From assembly GCA_964012805.1 (NCBI GenBank), contig CAXGUD010000025.1, positions 1-48,346 of the forward strand: a stretch of DNA of 48,346 bases, written 5' to 3'. Made by a program: the position numbers and the translations under genes. Within the stretch, counting starts at the first letter, position 1. Every line of letters starts with the position of its first letter. Source of the stretch: an uncultured Bacteriovoracaceae bacterium. GTDB taxonomy: Bacteria; Bdellovibrionota; Bacteriovoracia; Bacteriovoracales; Bacteriovoracaceae. The notes beneath the pieces were generated by a model. It saw nothing but the letters and a program-made list of their open reading frames with translations. It was not told the origin of the DNA and did not search any database. This document shows positions 8,241-18,115 of the stretch, in pieces.

Positions 8241-9347
8241 ATGCATATATTTTCCAGAATGGTTTTGAATGAGTGGCTAAGATCTTTCGTTACAACGCTC
8301 TTTGTTCTTTTTTCTATCATTTTTGTAGGGAATATTGTTTCCGAGTTTTTGCGTGATGCAGCTAGTACCCAAGATATTTTTCAAAACTTTGTCTTAGAAG
8401 TGCCTAAATGGATGGAGAAAGTTGTTCCCATTTCTTGCTTAGGGGCAACTCTTTTTTCTATCTACCGGCTTAAGATGACGAATGCATTGATTTCTCTTTT
8501 TGCTTTGGGCTTTAAGAGAAGTGATTATATAAAGATCTTGTTTTTTTTGTCCCTTTTTGTAGGTAGCTTACAGCTTCTAGTTGGAGGCTATATTAAGCCC
8601 TATGCCCGTTCCTTGAGAAAGGATTGGCTGGATAAAGACAGCCATTTTCGGGGTTACAAAAAGGGAGGTGTAAGGGCAAGGACGATTGCTAGTGGTCTCA
8701 TTTGGTATAAGGGAAAAAACTACTTCTCTCATTTTTCCTATTACGATAGGGAAAAGAAATCCCTTAATAAATTCTCTTCTTTTCAATTTGATGATCAGGG
8801 CGGGCTCTCCCGTATCGTAAGGGCCAATTTTGCTATTCATCAACAGGAGACAACTTGGAAACTCGTTGGGGTTGAGGTCTACGATAACCTCAATAAGAAA
8901 AGATTCCCCACTGTCTCTGTTCACAAAGAGCTTATGACGGAGTTAGGTGAAAAACCGACGGAGTTTGATAGCATTGAGTCAGATGTTCATGAGCTTGGCA
9001 TGGATGATTTGTATGACTATGTTAAAAAGGTTGATGGGTTGGGAATTGAAGCCGCAGAGTTTGATATTCTCTTTTTTGAGAAAATCTCGACTCCCTTTAT
9101 CTGCTTTGTTTTTACATTTTTACCAATCGCAGGGCTTTTTTATCCTAATAGGAGGGCCGGCGGGTTGGGAAAAAGTGTTATTTTTCTTCTCGTCTTTACT
9201 TTTGCCTTTTGGTTCCTGTATTCGTCGTTGTTGACGATGGGAAGTAATGGAAAAGTGACGCCAATGTTAGCAACTTTTGGTCTTCCTGTGTTATGTCTAT
9301 TTTATATTTTATTAACGTTATTGAGGCACAGAAAACTTACTGAGTGA
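8241..9347 (+). CDS. lptG: LptF/LptG family LPS export permease
   Basis: Three N-terminal TMs, PISCL.ATL, N.LISL.ALG, periplasmic jellyroll with W.L..V, K...P...F, three C-terminal TMs with P.LA...P; assignment to G rather than F is uncertain. Confidence 0.8.
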   Translation: MHIFSRMVLNEWLRSFVTTLFVLFSIIFVGNIVSEFLRDAASTQDIFQNFVLEVPKWMEKVVPISCLGATLFSIYRLKMTNALISLFALGFKRSDYIKILFFLSLFVGSLQLLVGGYIKPYARSLRKDWLDKDSHFRGYKKGGVRARTIASGLIWYKGKNYFSHFSYYDREKKSLNKFSSFQFDDQGGLSRIVRANFAIHQQETTWKLVGVEVYDNLNKKRFPTVSVHKELMTELGEKPTEFDSIESDVHELGMDDLYDYVKKVDGLGIEAAEFDILFFEKISTPFICFVFTFLPIAGLFYPNRRAGGLGKSVIFLLVFTFAFWFLYSSLLTMGSNGKVTPMLATFGLPVLCLFYILLTLLRHRKLTE

Positions 9348-9388
9348 AGGAAAAGGCTTTAAAGTCTCCTCTTTAGAAGGATTGAATA

Positions 9389-11404
9389 ATGAACGCTTTT
9401 TTACCGATGAGAATTGTTTTTCTTTTGAAACTGACTCTCTTAAACTTAATGATTCTATTTTTTCTAAGAGTTGGTTTTTACTTGATGTACTCACCCTCTG
9501 AGGTGGTCGATGGAAAAGTTTTGGATATTCTTCGTGCCTTTTATTTAGGTGGAAAATTCGACTTACGACTTGTTGCTTTGTGTCTTATGCCTTTTTTCTT
9601 CTTCTCAAAGATTGGTCTTGATCCTGTGCAAAAAAAGCAAGGGAAGAAATTTTGGGCCAATTTCTATACTGTCATTATGGCGCTCATTTTGTTTTCTTAC
9701 GCTGTCGATTTTGGAACTTACAGCTATCTTGAAACAAGAGTTAATACGACACTTTTAAAGTTTTTAAAAAACCCACTCATTTCTTTGGAAATGGTTTGGC
9801 AATCCTACCCAGTTGTTTGGATAAGTGTGGCTTTTATTTTCTTTCTTTTGATTTATAAATACTTACTTTTAAACAAGGTTTTTGTTAACCGAAAGAGTTT
9901 TGAAGTGGGTGAAAAGTCCTGGCAAAAAAAAGTACTTTTATGGATGATCGCGTTCGTTTTATGGATAGGGGCCATTTATGGAAAGTTTGCTTTTTATCCT
10001 CTTCGCTGGTCAGAAGCCTTTTTCACAAAAAATACTTTTGTTTCGAATCTATCGCTTAATCCAATCCTCTTTTTTGTTGATACTTTTAAACATAGTGATA
10101 AGAACTACGATCTCTTTTTGGCCAAAAAGTACTACCCGGCAATTTCTGAATACTTAGGTGTGACTAATAAAGACAAGGAATCCCTCAATTTCCATAGGAC
10201 CATTAATCCCCAGCGAGTACTCAAAGGCTCCCCAAATATTGTCGTGATTGTTATGGAGTCGATGGCAGCTTTTAAGACAGGCCTTTTTGGGAACAAACTA
10301 AATCCAACTCCCTACCTTGATTCCCTTGCAAAAGATTCACTTTTCTTCAACCGATTCTATGTGCCGAGCCAAGCTACAGCAAGGAGCATTTTTGGAGCAG
10401 TGACAGGTATACCTGATGTGAGTCAATCAAAGTCGGGTTCTAGGAACCCTTTTATTATTAACCAGCATTCTGTTATTAACGCTCTCACTGAACATGAGAA
10501 GTATTACTTTCTTGGAGGAAGCGCCAATTGGGGAAATATAAGAGGTATATTCACTCATAATGTGGAGGGTATTAAGGTTTTTGAGGAAGGAGATTACTCA
10601 TCCCCAAGAATGGATGTCTGGGGAATTTCTGATTATCACCTTTTTAAAGAAGCGAATGATGTTTTTAAGAAGCATGAAAAACCGTTTTTTGCTTTTATCC
10701 AGTCATCTAGTTTTCATAGACCTTATACTTTACCTAAAGATAGAGGTCAGTTTAAGAAGACGTCTTTTAAGGGGAAAACGAAGGAGCTTAGACGTTTTGG
10801 CTTTATCTCAGAAGCAGAATACAATTCCCTAAAATTTCAAGACTATGCACTTGGGAATTTCTTCGAGTTGGCCAAAAAGGAAAAGTATTACAAAAATACT
10901 GTTTTTTTCATTTTTGGAGATCATGGACTTCCGGGGGCCGGTGGGAAAAATATACCTGTTGGAGAGCAATCAGTTGGTCTCCCTAGTTTTCATGTTCCCT
11001 TCATCATTCATGGTCCAGAGTTCTTTGATAGCGGAGTTGACGAACGTTTTGTGAGTGAGCTCGATGTTTTTCCAACGATTGTTGGTCTTTTAGGAAAAAA
11101 GGATAAAAATTTATCCTTAGGGAGGAATATTTTTGATCCACAATTTGATGATAAAAGAAGTGTCTTTACTTTTCGTTGGTATGCTAAACCACCACAGTAC
11201 GGAATTTTAGAAAAAGATTTTTTCTATGAAGAAACCTTAGGTAGGAAAGGTACTTTGAATAAGTACACACTTGAAAAGGGCCATAGAGAGGATGTTAGCC
11301 TCAAGTATCCAGAAAAATATGAAGAGATGAAAAATTTGGCAAGAGGCTTTTACCAAACCTCAAGGTTTATGTTGTTCAATAATAAAAGAAAAAGAACAGA
11401 ATAA
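9389..11404 (+). CDS. LTA synthase family / sulfatase-like membrane protein
   Basis: Five N-terminal TMs with GGKFDLR; PNIVVIVMES, TPYLDSL, TARS, WGISD, HRPY, FGDHG. Confidence 0.88.
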   Translation: MNAFLPMRIVFLLKLTLLNLMILFFLRVGFYLMYSPSEVVDGKVLDILRAFYLGGKFDLRLVALCLMPFFFFSKIGLDPVQKKQGKKFWANFYTVIMALILFSYAVDFGTYSYLETRVNTTLLKFLKNPLISLEMVWQSYPVVWISVAFIFFLLIYKYLLLNKVFVNRKSFEVGEKSWQKKVLLWMIAFVLWIGAIYGKFAFYPLRWSEAFFTKNTFVSNLSLNPILFFVDTFKHSDKNYDLFLAKKYYPAISEYLGVTNKDKESLNFHRTINPQRVLKGSPNIVVIVMESMAAFKTGLFGNKLNPTPYLDSLAKDSLFFNRFYVPSQATARSIFGAVTGIPDVSQSKSGSRNPFIINQHSVINALTEHEKYYFLGGSANWGNIRGIFTHNVEGIKVFEEGDYSSPRMDVWGISDYHLFKEANDVFKKHEKPFFAFIQSSSFHRPYTLPKDRGQFKKTSFKGKTKELRRFGFISEAEYNSLKFQDYALGNFFELAKKEKYYKNTVFFIFGDHGLPGAGGKNIPVGEQSVGLPSFHVPFIIHGPEFFDSGVDERFVSELDVFPTIVGLLGKKDKNLSLGRNIFDPQFDDKRSVFTFRWYAKPPQYGILEKDFFYEETLGRKGTLNKYTLEKGHREDVSLKYPEKYEEMKNLARGFYQTSRFMLFNNKRKRTE

Positions 11405-11517
11405 GACTAAAATAGTCGTGAAATGTGTTTCAGCCGCTCAATTTTCCGGGATTCCATTTTTACCCAAGAATTTGATATTATAGGTAATAATCACCGGTTT
11501 TTGAGGGCATATTAACA

Positions 11518-12594
11518 ATGGAAGCTATTGAAAAAATAAAAGCGAAGTCAAAAGATGAGCAATTAGAGATGGCCAGGAGTCCCGAAACTACAGAGGAAGA
11601 CTTGGCTATTTTGGCCCAAGTGGGGAATCATAGAGTAAGGAAGGCTTTGGCTTCACGAACAGGGCTCTCTACAAATACCTTACTTGCTTTCATAAAAAAT
11701 AATTACTTAAAGTTGATTATTAGTGAGAGAAAGGACTTACCAGATGAAGTCCTTCAGAAACTTGTTGAAGAGGATAATTGGGTCATAAGGGAAAAAGTCG
11801 CTTCTCATCCGGACCTTTCTGAGGACGTTATTATTGACTTGGCCAATGATGAAAGTGATTACGTTAGGGTTTCTCTTCTGGAAAACCAAAAGTTTGATGA
11901 GGCTTTTCTAGAGAGGATGGTTAAAAGTGATAAGAGGCTTGTGAGGAAAACCTTTGCTTCATCAAGCCCTTTGCCAGCTCAAGTGGCAAAAGGCTTTGTC
12001 GATGATGATTACTACGGGACAAAAGTTGCTTTGGCAAAGAATCCATCCGTAGGGCAAGATATCCACGAGGCCCTTTTAAAAGATAAACAAGCTGTTGTAA
12101 GAAAAGCAGTTTGCCAAGCCCCGAGCATTGCACCAGAAATTACAAAGATGATTGGAAATGATGAGAATGATGGGGTGGTAGAGGAAATTTTTAAAAGAGA
12201 AGACCTCACTGAAAAAGATCTTGATATTTTATCTTCGGCAAGAAACTGGAAGGCCAGGGCCCTTGTTTCAAAGCACCCTAACGTAACTGAGGAGCAACTC
12301 TTAAAGCTTGCAAAAGACGAGGAAAAAAGGGTAAAGCTCCAGTTGGCGAAAAGGTCAACTATACCTGGCAAAGTAATATTGGAACTTGTTTTTGGAGAAA
12401 AGCAGGGGAACAATATAAAGAAGCTTGTTTTGAAAAAAGACCTGGATTCAGATTCCCTTATTGAGCTTTCTAAGAAGGGAGACGACTACGTTAAGAAGGT
12501 TATTTCTAAACGAGAGGACCTACCAAATGAAGCGAAGGCGATTTTATCTGAAGATCCCAATGAAACCGTACGTTCAAACCTTAAGGCCAGTTAA
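11518..12594 (+). CDS. Leucine-rich-variant/HEAT-like helical repeat protein
   Basis: About 24-aa repeats of type L..LA.D....VR..VA.HP.L along the whole protein. Confidence 0.8.
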   Translation: MEAIEKIKAKSKDEQLEMARSPETTEEDLAILAQVGNHRVRKALASRTGLSTNTLLAFIKNNYLKLIISERKDLPDEVLQKLVEEDNWVIREKVASHPDLSEDVIIDLANDESDYVRVSLLENQKFDEAFLERMVKSDKRLVRKTFASSSPLPAQVAKGFVDDDYYGTKVALAKNPSVGQDIHEALLKDKQAVVRKAVCQAPSIAPEITKMIGNDENDGVVEEIFKREDLTEKDLDILSSARNWKARALVSKHPNVTEEQLLKLAKDEEKRVKLQLAKRSTIPGKVILELVFGEKQGNNIKKLVLKKDLDSDSLIELSKKGDDYVKKVISKREDLPNEAKAILSEDPNETVRSNLKAS

Positions 12595-12672
12595 GCATTT
12601 GTTTTACTGCTCTTCTTTTGGGTAAACCTTTTCCTTGATTTTATTAATTATAAAAGGTCATTATAGACCTCT

Positions 12673-13152
12673 ATGGGAAACCTTGAATTAAATAAAAAAA
12701 TAAGAGAGCTTCTCCACTTAAGGGAAATCCCTTATAGGGAAGTCAATCATGAACCAAGTTCAGATTGCATGACATCGGCAACTTCTAGAGGGGAAGACCT
12801 TAAAATTGGTGGTAAGACGATTTTGTTTAAGGGAAAAAATGGTTTCAGCCTTTTTGTTTTATCCGCGGCCCTTTCTGTAGACTCTAATCAGGTAAGAAAA
12901 ATTTTAAAATCTCAAAAACTCCGATTTGCTACAGAGAGTGAATTAATGAAAGAGGTTGGTGTTTCAAAGGGGGCCCTCCCACCTTTTGGTCGGGATATTT
13001 TGCCTTACGATCTTTATTTAGATGATTCTATTCTTGAGAATCAGTATATTGCTTTTAATGCAGCTTTTCTTACTCAATCATTTATTTTAAAAGTGTCTGA
13101 CTATCTTAAGGTTGTGACACCAAAAAAAATTTGCTCTTTTTCAAAAAGGTAG
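12673..13152 (+). CDS. YbaK/ProX family aminoacyl-tRNA deacylase
   Basis: H.P.......RG, GGKTILFK, LRFAT..EL, GALPPFG, IAFNA. Confidence 0.88.
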   Translation: MGNLELNKKIRELLHLREIPYREVNHEPSSDCMTSATSRGEDLKIGGKTILFKGKNGFSLFVLSAALSVDSNQVRKILKSQKLRFATESELMKEVGVSKGALPPFGRDILPYDLYLDDSILENQYIAFNAAFLTQSFILKVSDYLKVVTPKKICSFSKR

Positions 13153-13160
13153 CAAGTTTC

Positions 13161-14090
13161 TCAAAGAGGGGCTTTTTCCAAAGCTTTGAGGAGTAATTCC
13201 ATAATGTCTTCGGTTCCGATTTTTCCCTTTGTTACTGCAATAGCATTCTCAATATTTTTCTTTTTAACTTTATTGGTTCCGAGAATAGTTTGAATAATGG
13301 TGATGTTTCTTCTACCAATGGCAGAAATAAGTGGGTAGCACCCTAAAATATTAACATCTGCTCCTTTATTTAAAAGAATTTCTATCATTTCTTTGTTTTC
13401 TTTAAAAGTTGCCAGTGCCAAGGGCGACTTATTGTTATTTTTTTTGCGATTTGGTGAAACCCCTATATCGAGGAGCTTTTGGAGAACATCCAAATCATTG
13501 TTTTCTATTGACCATGAAAGAAGCTCGTCCTGGTCCATTATATCGTTAGGGTTTTTAATATTATCTAGAAGCATTTTCACAATTTGGTATTGGTGTTTTT
13601 CTGCAGCTTTGTGTAGGCAGTCTTTTATGATTGAAGAAGAGTATTTTGAAGCTTTAAGAAAAATTTCTAGGCTTTTAAAAAAACCGCTTTCCGCGGCGAG
13701 GAAAGAGAGCAATGGCAGGTGAGGTTTGTAGTCAAAGGGTTTTCTTGGTTCTCCACCATAGGCTTTGGAGAGGATAACCCACCTTTTGAGAATGGGTTTG
13801 ATGTTTTTTAAAATGATATGATGAAGGTCCAAGTTTTTTTGGAGTTGGTTTTCGTAATATTGCTCTTTGTCATGATGGTAACTGACAAACCTTAGGTAAA
13901 GCTCTTGCCACGTATTAACTGAATAGCTTGTCTTTAATTGGTTGAGGTTTTTAAAAGTAGAAAGCTCTCTTGGGTCTTTTATATTCATGAGCTCTTTTTG
14001 TAGCTGGTTTGCCAATGTTTGGTGGTAATAGTTCCTAGTAACATACTCAAGAAGCATGTGTTCAATTTGTTTGTTTTCATTGTTACCCAT
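13161..14090 (-). CDS. Ankyrin repeat protein
   Basis: LHKAAEKHQYQIVKMLL, SPLALATFKENKEMIEILLNKGADVN, PLISAI. Confidence 0.85.
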   Translation of the reverse strand: MGNNENKQIEHMLLEYVTRNYYHQTLANQLQKELMNIKDPRELSTFKNLNQLKTSYSVNTWQELYLRFVSYHHDKEQYYENQLQKNLDLHHIILKNIKPILKRWVILSKAYGGEPRKPFDYKPHLPLLSFLAAESGFFKSLEIFLKASKYSSSIIKDCLHKAAEKHQYQIVKMLLDNIKNPNDIMDQDELLSWSIENNDLDVLQKLLDIGVSPNRKKNNNKSPLALATFKENKEMIEILLNKGADVNILGCYPLISAIGRRNITIIQTILGTNKVKKKNIENAIAVTKGKIGTEDIMELLLKALEKAPL

Positions 14091-14091
14091 G

Positions 14092-14556
14092 TTAAGCAGA
14101 TGCCTTTATTCTTTTTTGAATTTCATTTTGAAAAAAATCAATGATTTCTGGGAAAAAGTGATCCTTGCATGCTTTGATAAGTGTTGGGATGGCCCCAGGA
14201 GGCATTTTGAATGTCGCATCAAACTTAAGGTTGGTTAGTTTGCCTTTATCCTCTAAAGTCCATGTCCCTTCCAACTTTTCAAAATACCCTGATATCTGAT
14301 GAAAATGGATAACGGACTCACCTTCCATTTGAGTATGCATTCTAAATTGAATAGGGAACATCAAAACTTTTGCATGGAAAAGGACATCGCTGAAGCCTTC
14401 TTCAGATTCGTGGACATAAGATTTTCTAAATGAGTCTAGAAAACTGGGGTAATTTTCTGTGTCGAGAATGGTGTCCCTAATAAGTCTTGAAGGGGCCTGA
14501 ATTTGAGTTTCTTTTTGTATCCTTATTTCTTCCGTCATCTTGACTTCTTCGGTCAT
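14092..14556 (-). CDS. SRPBCC / Coq10-RatA-like (polyketide cyclase) protein
   Basis: I.AP...I...ILD.ENYPSFL, G.FEKLEGTWTL. Confidence 0.8.
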   Translation of the reverse strand: MTEEVKMTEEIRIQKETQIQAPSRLIRDTILDTENYPSFLDSFRKSYVHESEEGFSDVLFHAKVLMFPIQFRMHTQMEGESVIHFHQISGYFEKLEGTWTLEDKGKLTNLKFDATFKMPPGAIPTLIKACKDHFFPEIIDFFQNEIQKRIKASA

Positions 14557-14684
14557 AAAAAGTGAAACCTTGAGGTTTATTTAAGGTAAATAGGACTTAT
14601 TTTGTGTGGCAAATAAAATAAAAGTTTTGTACTAATAGAAAAATTTATTTATATGAAGTGCTTGGTATTAATTAAGGAGAACTT

Positions 14685-15449
14685 ATGAAGACAATTTTCA
14701 GTTTTGGAAGAAGTTGGTTTTTTACTGTCCTTGGTTTGGTTTTATCACTTTCTTGCTCTTTCTATAGCAGTGCTTCCGTCATTGAAGAGAAAGATTTGCT
14801 TTTTTCAGAAAATATGAGTTCTATGGATCAGGGCAATATTCATGTCTCCGCGTCACTTATGGAAAAAAGTGAATTATTGGGCTCTTACCCAGAAATTCAG
14901 GATATGGATCAAAATGGTTTATTTGATGACAGCGGCGTTAAATTTCTCTTTTCCAAGTTACAATTCAAAGTGAAAAAAGACCTTACCTCATTTTCTAAAG
15001 ATAAGATTCATAACCCAGGGGGCTTTGAGAGGCTTTCTGAAAATGTTACAGTTAAAAAATCAAGTATGATTTCAGATCATCAAATTGACCTTGTTGCTCA
15101 TAAAAAGGTTTCTCTTGTTTCCTTTACCTCAGAAGCTTCTTTTTACTATTTTAATGAGAATGAGTATCAAGATCAGGTGTATGTCATGAATGCTTTAGAG
15201 TCTCTGTTAGAAGGAAGAAAACCTGATATTGCGACTCTAATTTCAACCGTAACGTTTTCTAAATTTTTTAATAAGGCAGTCAATTATTGCTTTTATGAAG
15301 GACTTAAGGAGAAAGAAGTCTTAATTACTTGCTTCTCTGTTATAAGTGTTAAAAAGGGCGCCTTGAGGAAATATGGTTGGATTACGGATTTTAGAAAGTC
15401 GTTCAAAGGGGAACTTTTGTACACAGCTAGGCAAATTATGAGGCTTTAA
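14685..15449 (+). CDS. Hypothetical exported protein
   Basis: 254 aa with an N-terminal hydrophobic signal; RBS AAGGAG. Confidence 0.7.
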   Translation: MKTIFSFGRSWFFTVLGLVLSLSCSFYSSASVIEEKDLLFSENMSSMDQGNIHVSASLMEKSELLGSYPEIQDMDQNGLFDDSGVKFLFSKLQFKVKKDLTSFSKDKIHNPGGFERLSENVTVKKSSMISDHQIDLVAHKKVSLVSFTSEASFYYFNENEYQDQVYVMNALESLLEGRKPDIATLISTVTFSKFFNKAVNYCFYEGLKEKEVLITCFSVISVKKGALRKYGWITDFRKSFKGELLYTARQIMRL

Positions 15450-15537
15450 GTATTTGTTTTTATGATACTTTGTTTTCTTTGGGCCCTGTTATATTAAATG
15501 GTTTTTTTATTTAAGCAGGGTCTATTATAATAGAGTA

Positions 15538-15930
15538 ATGAAAGCGCTTTTGATAGAGGATGAGAGAGACGTTGCGGAAGTTTTTGAGGATTGGCTCAAG
15601 AATATTGGTTACGAAATCCATTATTGTTCTAATGGTTATACCGCGGGTGTTGAGATTTTAGACCACTCAAGTGATGGCCACTTTGACCTCGTTATAACAG
15701 ATATAAAACTTCCAGGAAAAAGTGGAAGTGACCTCATTGACCTCCTAGAAAGGTTAGAGCCAATGGGCGGGAATCTTCCCATTATCTTTTTGAGCGGCTT
15801 TATAGATGAAGAATTAAGAGAAAAATACAAAGAGATCTCTCGTATTTTTTTCATTGATAAGCCAGTTTCGAGAGATAATTTCATGGCCGTTGTGGAGGAA
15901 ACGAAAAAGTTTTCCTCCAAGAAAACTTAG
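15538..15930 (+). CDS. Single-domain response regulator (receiver)
   Basis: LLIEDE, DLVITDIKLPGKSG, IIFLSG, FIDKP. Confidence 0.9.
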   Translation: MKALLIEDERDVAEVFEDWLKNIGYEIHYCSNGYTAGVEILDHSSDGHFDLVITDIKLPGKSGSDLIDLLERLEPMGGNLPIIFLSGFIDEELREKYKEISRIFFIDKPVSRDNFMAVVEETKKFSSKKT

Positions 15931-15932
15931 GC

Positions 15933-16745
15933 CTAAAAGTCTTGTTCTAAAAGAGAATCCTTTTCGAATTCATCTTCATCAAACTCAACTCCTAACTTTC
16001 TGTTACTCCACGTGATTGTTGATTTTTTCCCAGTTTGTACATTGACCATATGGATTTTATTGGCCCTCCATAAGGACTTTCCTCCAACTTTATACTCTCT
16101 ATAGTCAGAAAAGGTTGCAGTTTTTAGGAGTTCATTTTTGCGGTCAAAGTACTCGACTTTAGAAGGGTTGTTGTACTTTTTGATGATCCAAGTTTTGAGC
16201 CTTTTATAACCGCTTTTTTTATTTTTAGGAGTTCGTTCAATAAGCCACATGGCCAGGCCATCTTGATTTTTTTCCTCTTTAATAAGCTTATGAGTGTACT
16301 TTTCAACTTCTTGACTACCTAAATCCTCATAAGAAAACTCACTACCCATAAAGGAAGCAGACTTACTTGAAGAGCTAATTCTTTTAGTCCTTTTAATTGA
16401 AGGGAGGAAAAGCCATTGGTCGTCATCTTTTTTCTTATGAGTCCATGTAAGCATCATTGTCCCTCTTACATCTGCTGGCAAAAGAAATTGGCTTATACTT
16501 TTATCACCATCCCCTTTTGTCTCCATGATTTTTCCTTTCATTTTTCTGGAAATTTTTGTACCGTGAGCATCCTCCAAAATCATTTTCATTTCGGAAACTT
16601 CTCCACGGAAACCATTGTTCGCTTTTTCACTATTAAGGGAAATTTTAAAGCCAGCTTCTTCAGGTGTTTCAGAATAGAGAGTGTTGCTTAGAAGAAAGCT
16701 ATTAAAAAATGCAAAAAAAGTTAAAAAGAGTGCTTTTAATTTCAT
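15933..16745 (-). CDS. Outer membrane lipoprotein-sorting (LolA-like) protein
   Basis: F..PADVRGT, DDDQWLFLPSIKR.KRIS, SFMGSEFSYEDL, YFDRKNELLKT. Confidence 0.88.
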   Translation of the reverse strand: MKLKALFLTFFAFFNSFLLSNTLYSETPEEAGFKISLNSEKANNGFRGEVSEMKMILEDAHGTKISRKMKGKIMETKGDGDKSISQFLLPADVRGTMMLTWTHKKKDDDQWLFLPSIKRTKRISSSSKSASFMGSEFSYEDLGSQEVEKYTHKLIKEEKNQDGLAMWLIERTPKNKKSGYKRLKTWIIKKYNNPSKVEYFDRKNELLKTATFSDYREYKVGGKSLWRANKIHMVNVQTGKKSTITWSNRKLGVEFDEDEFEKDSLLEQDF

Positions 16746-16770
16746 GAAACCTCCATGGCCGTTAAGGTAT

Positions 16771-18009
16771 TTAACTGGGATAATGGTGCCTTTTCCTTAG
16801 AAGATCAAGTGCTGAAAAAGCAGAAAGAATTTTATTTTTTTCTCTATCAAAGAGGAGAGACAATTTTTTTGCCTCGGTTTTTCCCTCTCTTGAGAGTCCA
16901 ATAAAGACAGTGCCCACGGGTTTCTCGGGTGTACCACCTTCAGGTCCTGCAATACCGCTAACTGAGAGCCCATAGGTTGACTGAGAAAGTTTCCTAATGC
17001 CATCTGCCATTTCAATAACTGTGTTTTCGCTGACTGCCCCGTACTTTAAAAGAGTGTCCTCTTTGACCCCAAGAACCTTCATTTTAGATTCGTTTGAGTA
17101 TGTAGTGACTCCAAGGTTAAACACTTGAGAGGAGCCAGGGACTTCTGTTATAAGATGACCCATAAGTCCTCCTGTACAAGACTCTGCAACCGATAAGGTT
17201 TGTTTTGAATCTCTTAAAGATTGGACAAGGCCTTGGGCAAAAGGGCCACTTTCTTCAGAGAAGAGGCAGGGGCCAAGTTTTTCTCGCACCATTTTCGATG
17301 CTTGGTTTAAAAACTCTTCATCTTCAGGACTGGCCTTTAGAGAGATTATAATTTCGGGAAAGTGTGCTCTGTACCCCAATCTTATTGAGGGGAATTGGTC
17401 GTGGAAACCAGATAAAAGGTCATCCACTTGGGCTTCAAATAGCCCAAAGCTTCGGAAGGACTTTTTCTTAAGAGAGGGAAGGTTTTCCAGTCTTAAGGTT
17501 TTTAAGATATGTTCTTCTACCATAAAATCAAACTCTTTTGGTACTCCTGGAAAGGCCATAAAAAGGCAACCTTGATAGTTGAAAGAAAAACCGGGGGCCG
17601 TTCCTACGGAGTTTTTAAGGATTTTGGATGAGGCCGGGCGATCGGCTTGTTTCAACTGATTTTCAGTAATAGGCCTTTGGTGCTTTAAAAGCCTTTCTTT
17701 AATTTTTGTTGCGGTTTCTTCATCCCTTACCAATTCGACTTTTATTAAATTAGCAAAGGCGAGTGCTGTTAGGTCATCGCTTGTTGGGCCAAGGCCACCA
17801 CTAACAATACAAAGGTCTGTTCCCCTCTGACTTATATTCTTAGCTTCTTTTACGATAGTAGGGGTATCATCTAAAATAGTGGTGCGATGGGCTACTTGGA
17901 CATTGAATTCGCTCAATGCCTCTGCAAGACGTAGAGTATTTGTATCAGCGACTCTTCCATCCAATAGCTCATCACCTATGGCCAGAACTTCAACGCGTTT
18001 GGGTTTCAT
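16771..18009 (-). CDS. cinA: CinA family competence/damage-inducible protein (NMN deamidase)
   Basis: IGDELLDG..DTN, SGGLGPTSDDLT, GTAPG, PGVPKE, AESCTGG, YSNESK, GAVSE, GIAGPEGGTPEKPVGTV. Confidence 0.93.
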   Translation of the reverse strand: MKPKRVEVLAIGDELLDGRVADTNTLRLAEALSEFNVQVAHRTTILDDTPTIVKEAKNISQRGTDLCIVSGGLGPTSDDLTALAFANLIKVELVRDEETATKIKERLLKHQRPITENQLKQADRPASSKILKNSVGTAPGFSFNYQGCLFMAFPGVPKEFDFMVEEHILKTLRLENLPSLKKKSFRSFGLFEAQVDDLLSGFHDQFPSIRLGYRAHFPEIIISLKASPEDEEFLNQASKMVREKLGPCLFSEESGPFAQGLVQSLRDSKQTLSVAESCTGGLMGHLITEVPGSSQVFNLGVTTYSNESKMKVLGVKEDTLLKYGAVSENTVIEMADGIRKLSQSTYGLSVSGIAGPEGGTPEKPVGTVFIGLSREGKTEAKKLSLLFDREKNKILSAFSALDLLRKRHHYPS

Positions 18010-18115
18010 TTTCTTTCCTTAAAGTTTATTGTTAAGGGCTCCAAGATCAGATTATCTTGATTTTTAGAAGGGGTGGCAACCCATTGATCCTTACGATTTT
18101 AAAAAAGGAAGAAAA

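Noticed and set aside
14092..14556. RatAB toxin-antitoxin system
   Set aside because: No RatB/RnfH partner or smpB context; the SRPBCC fold alone is insufficient
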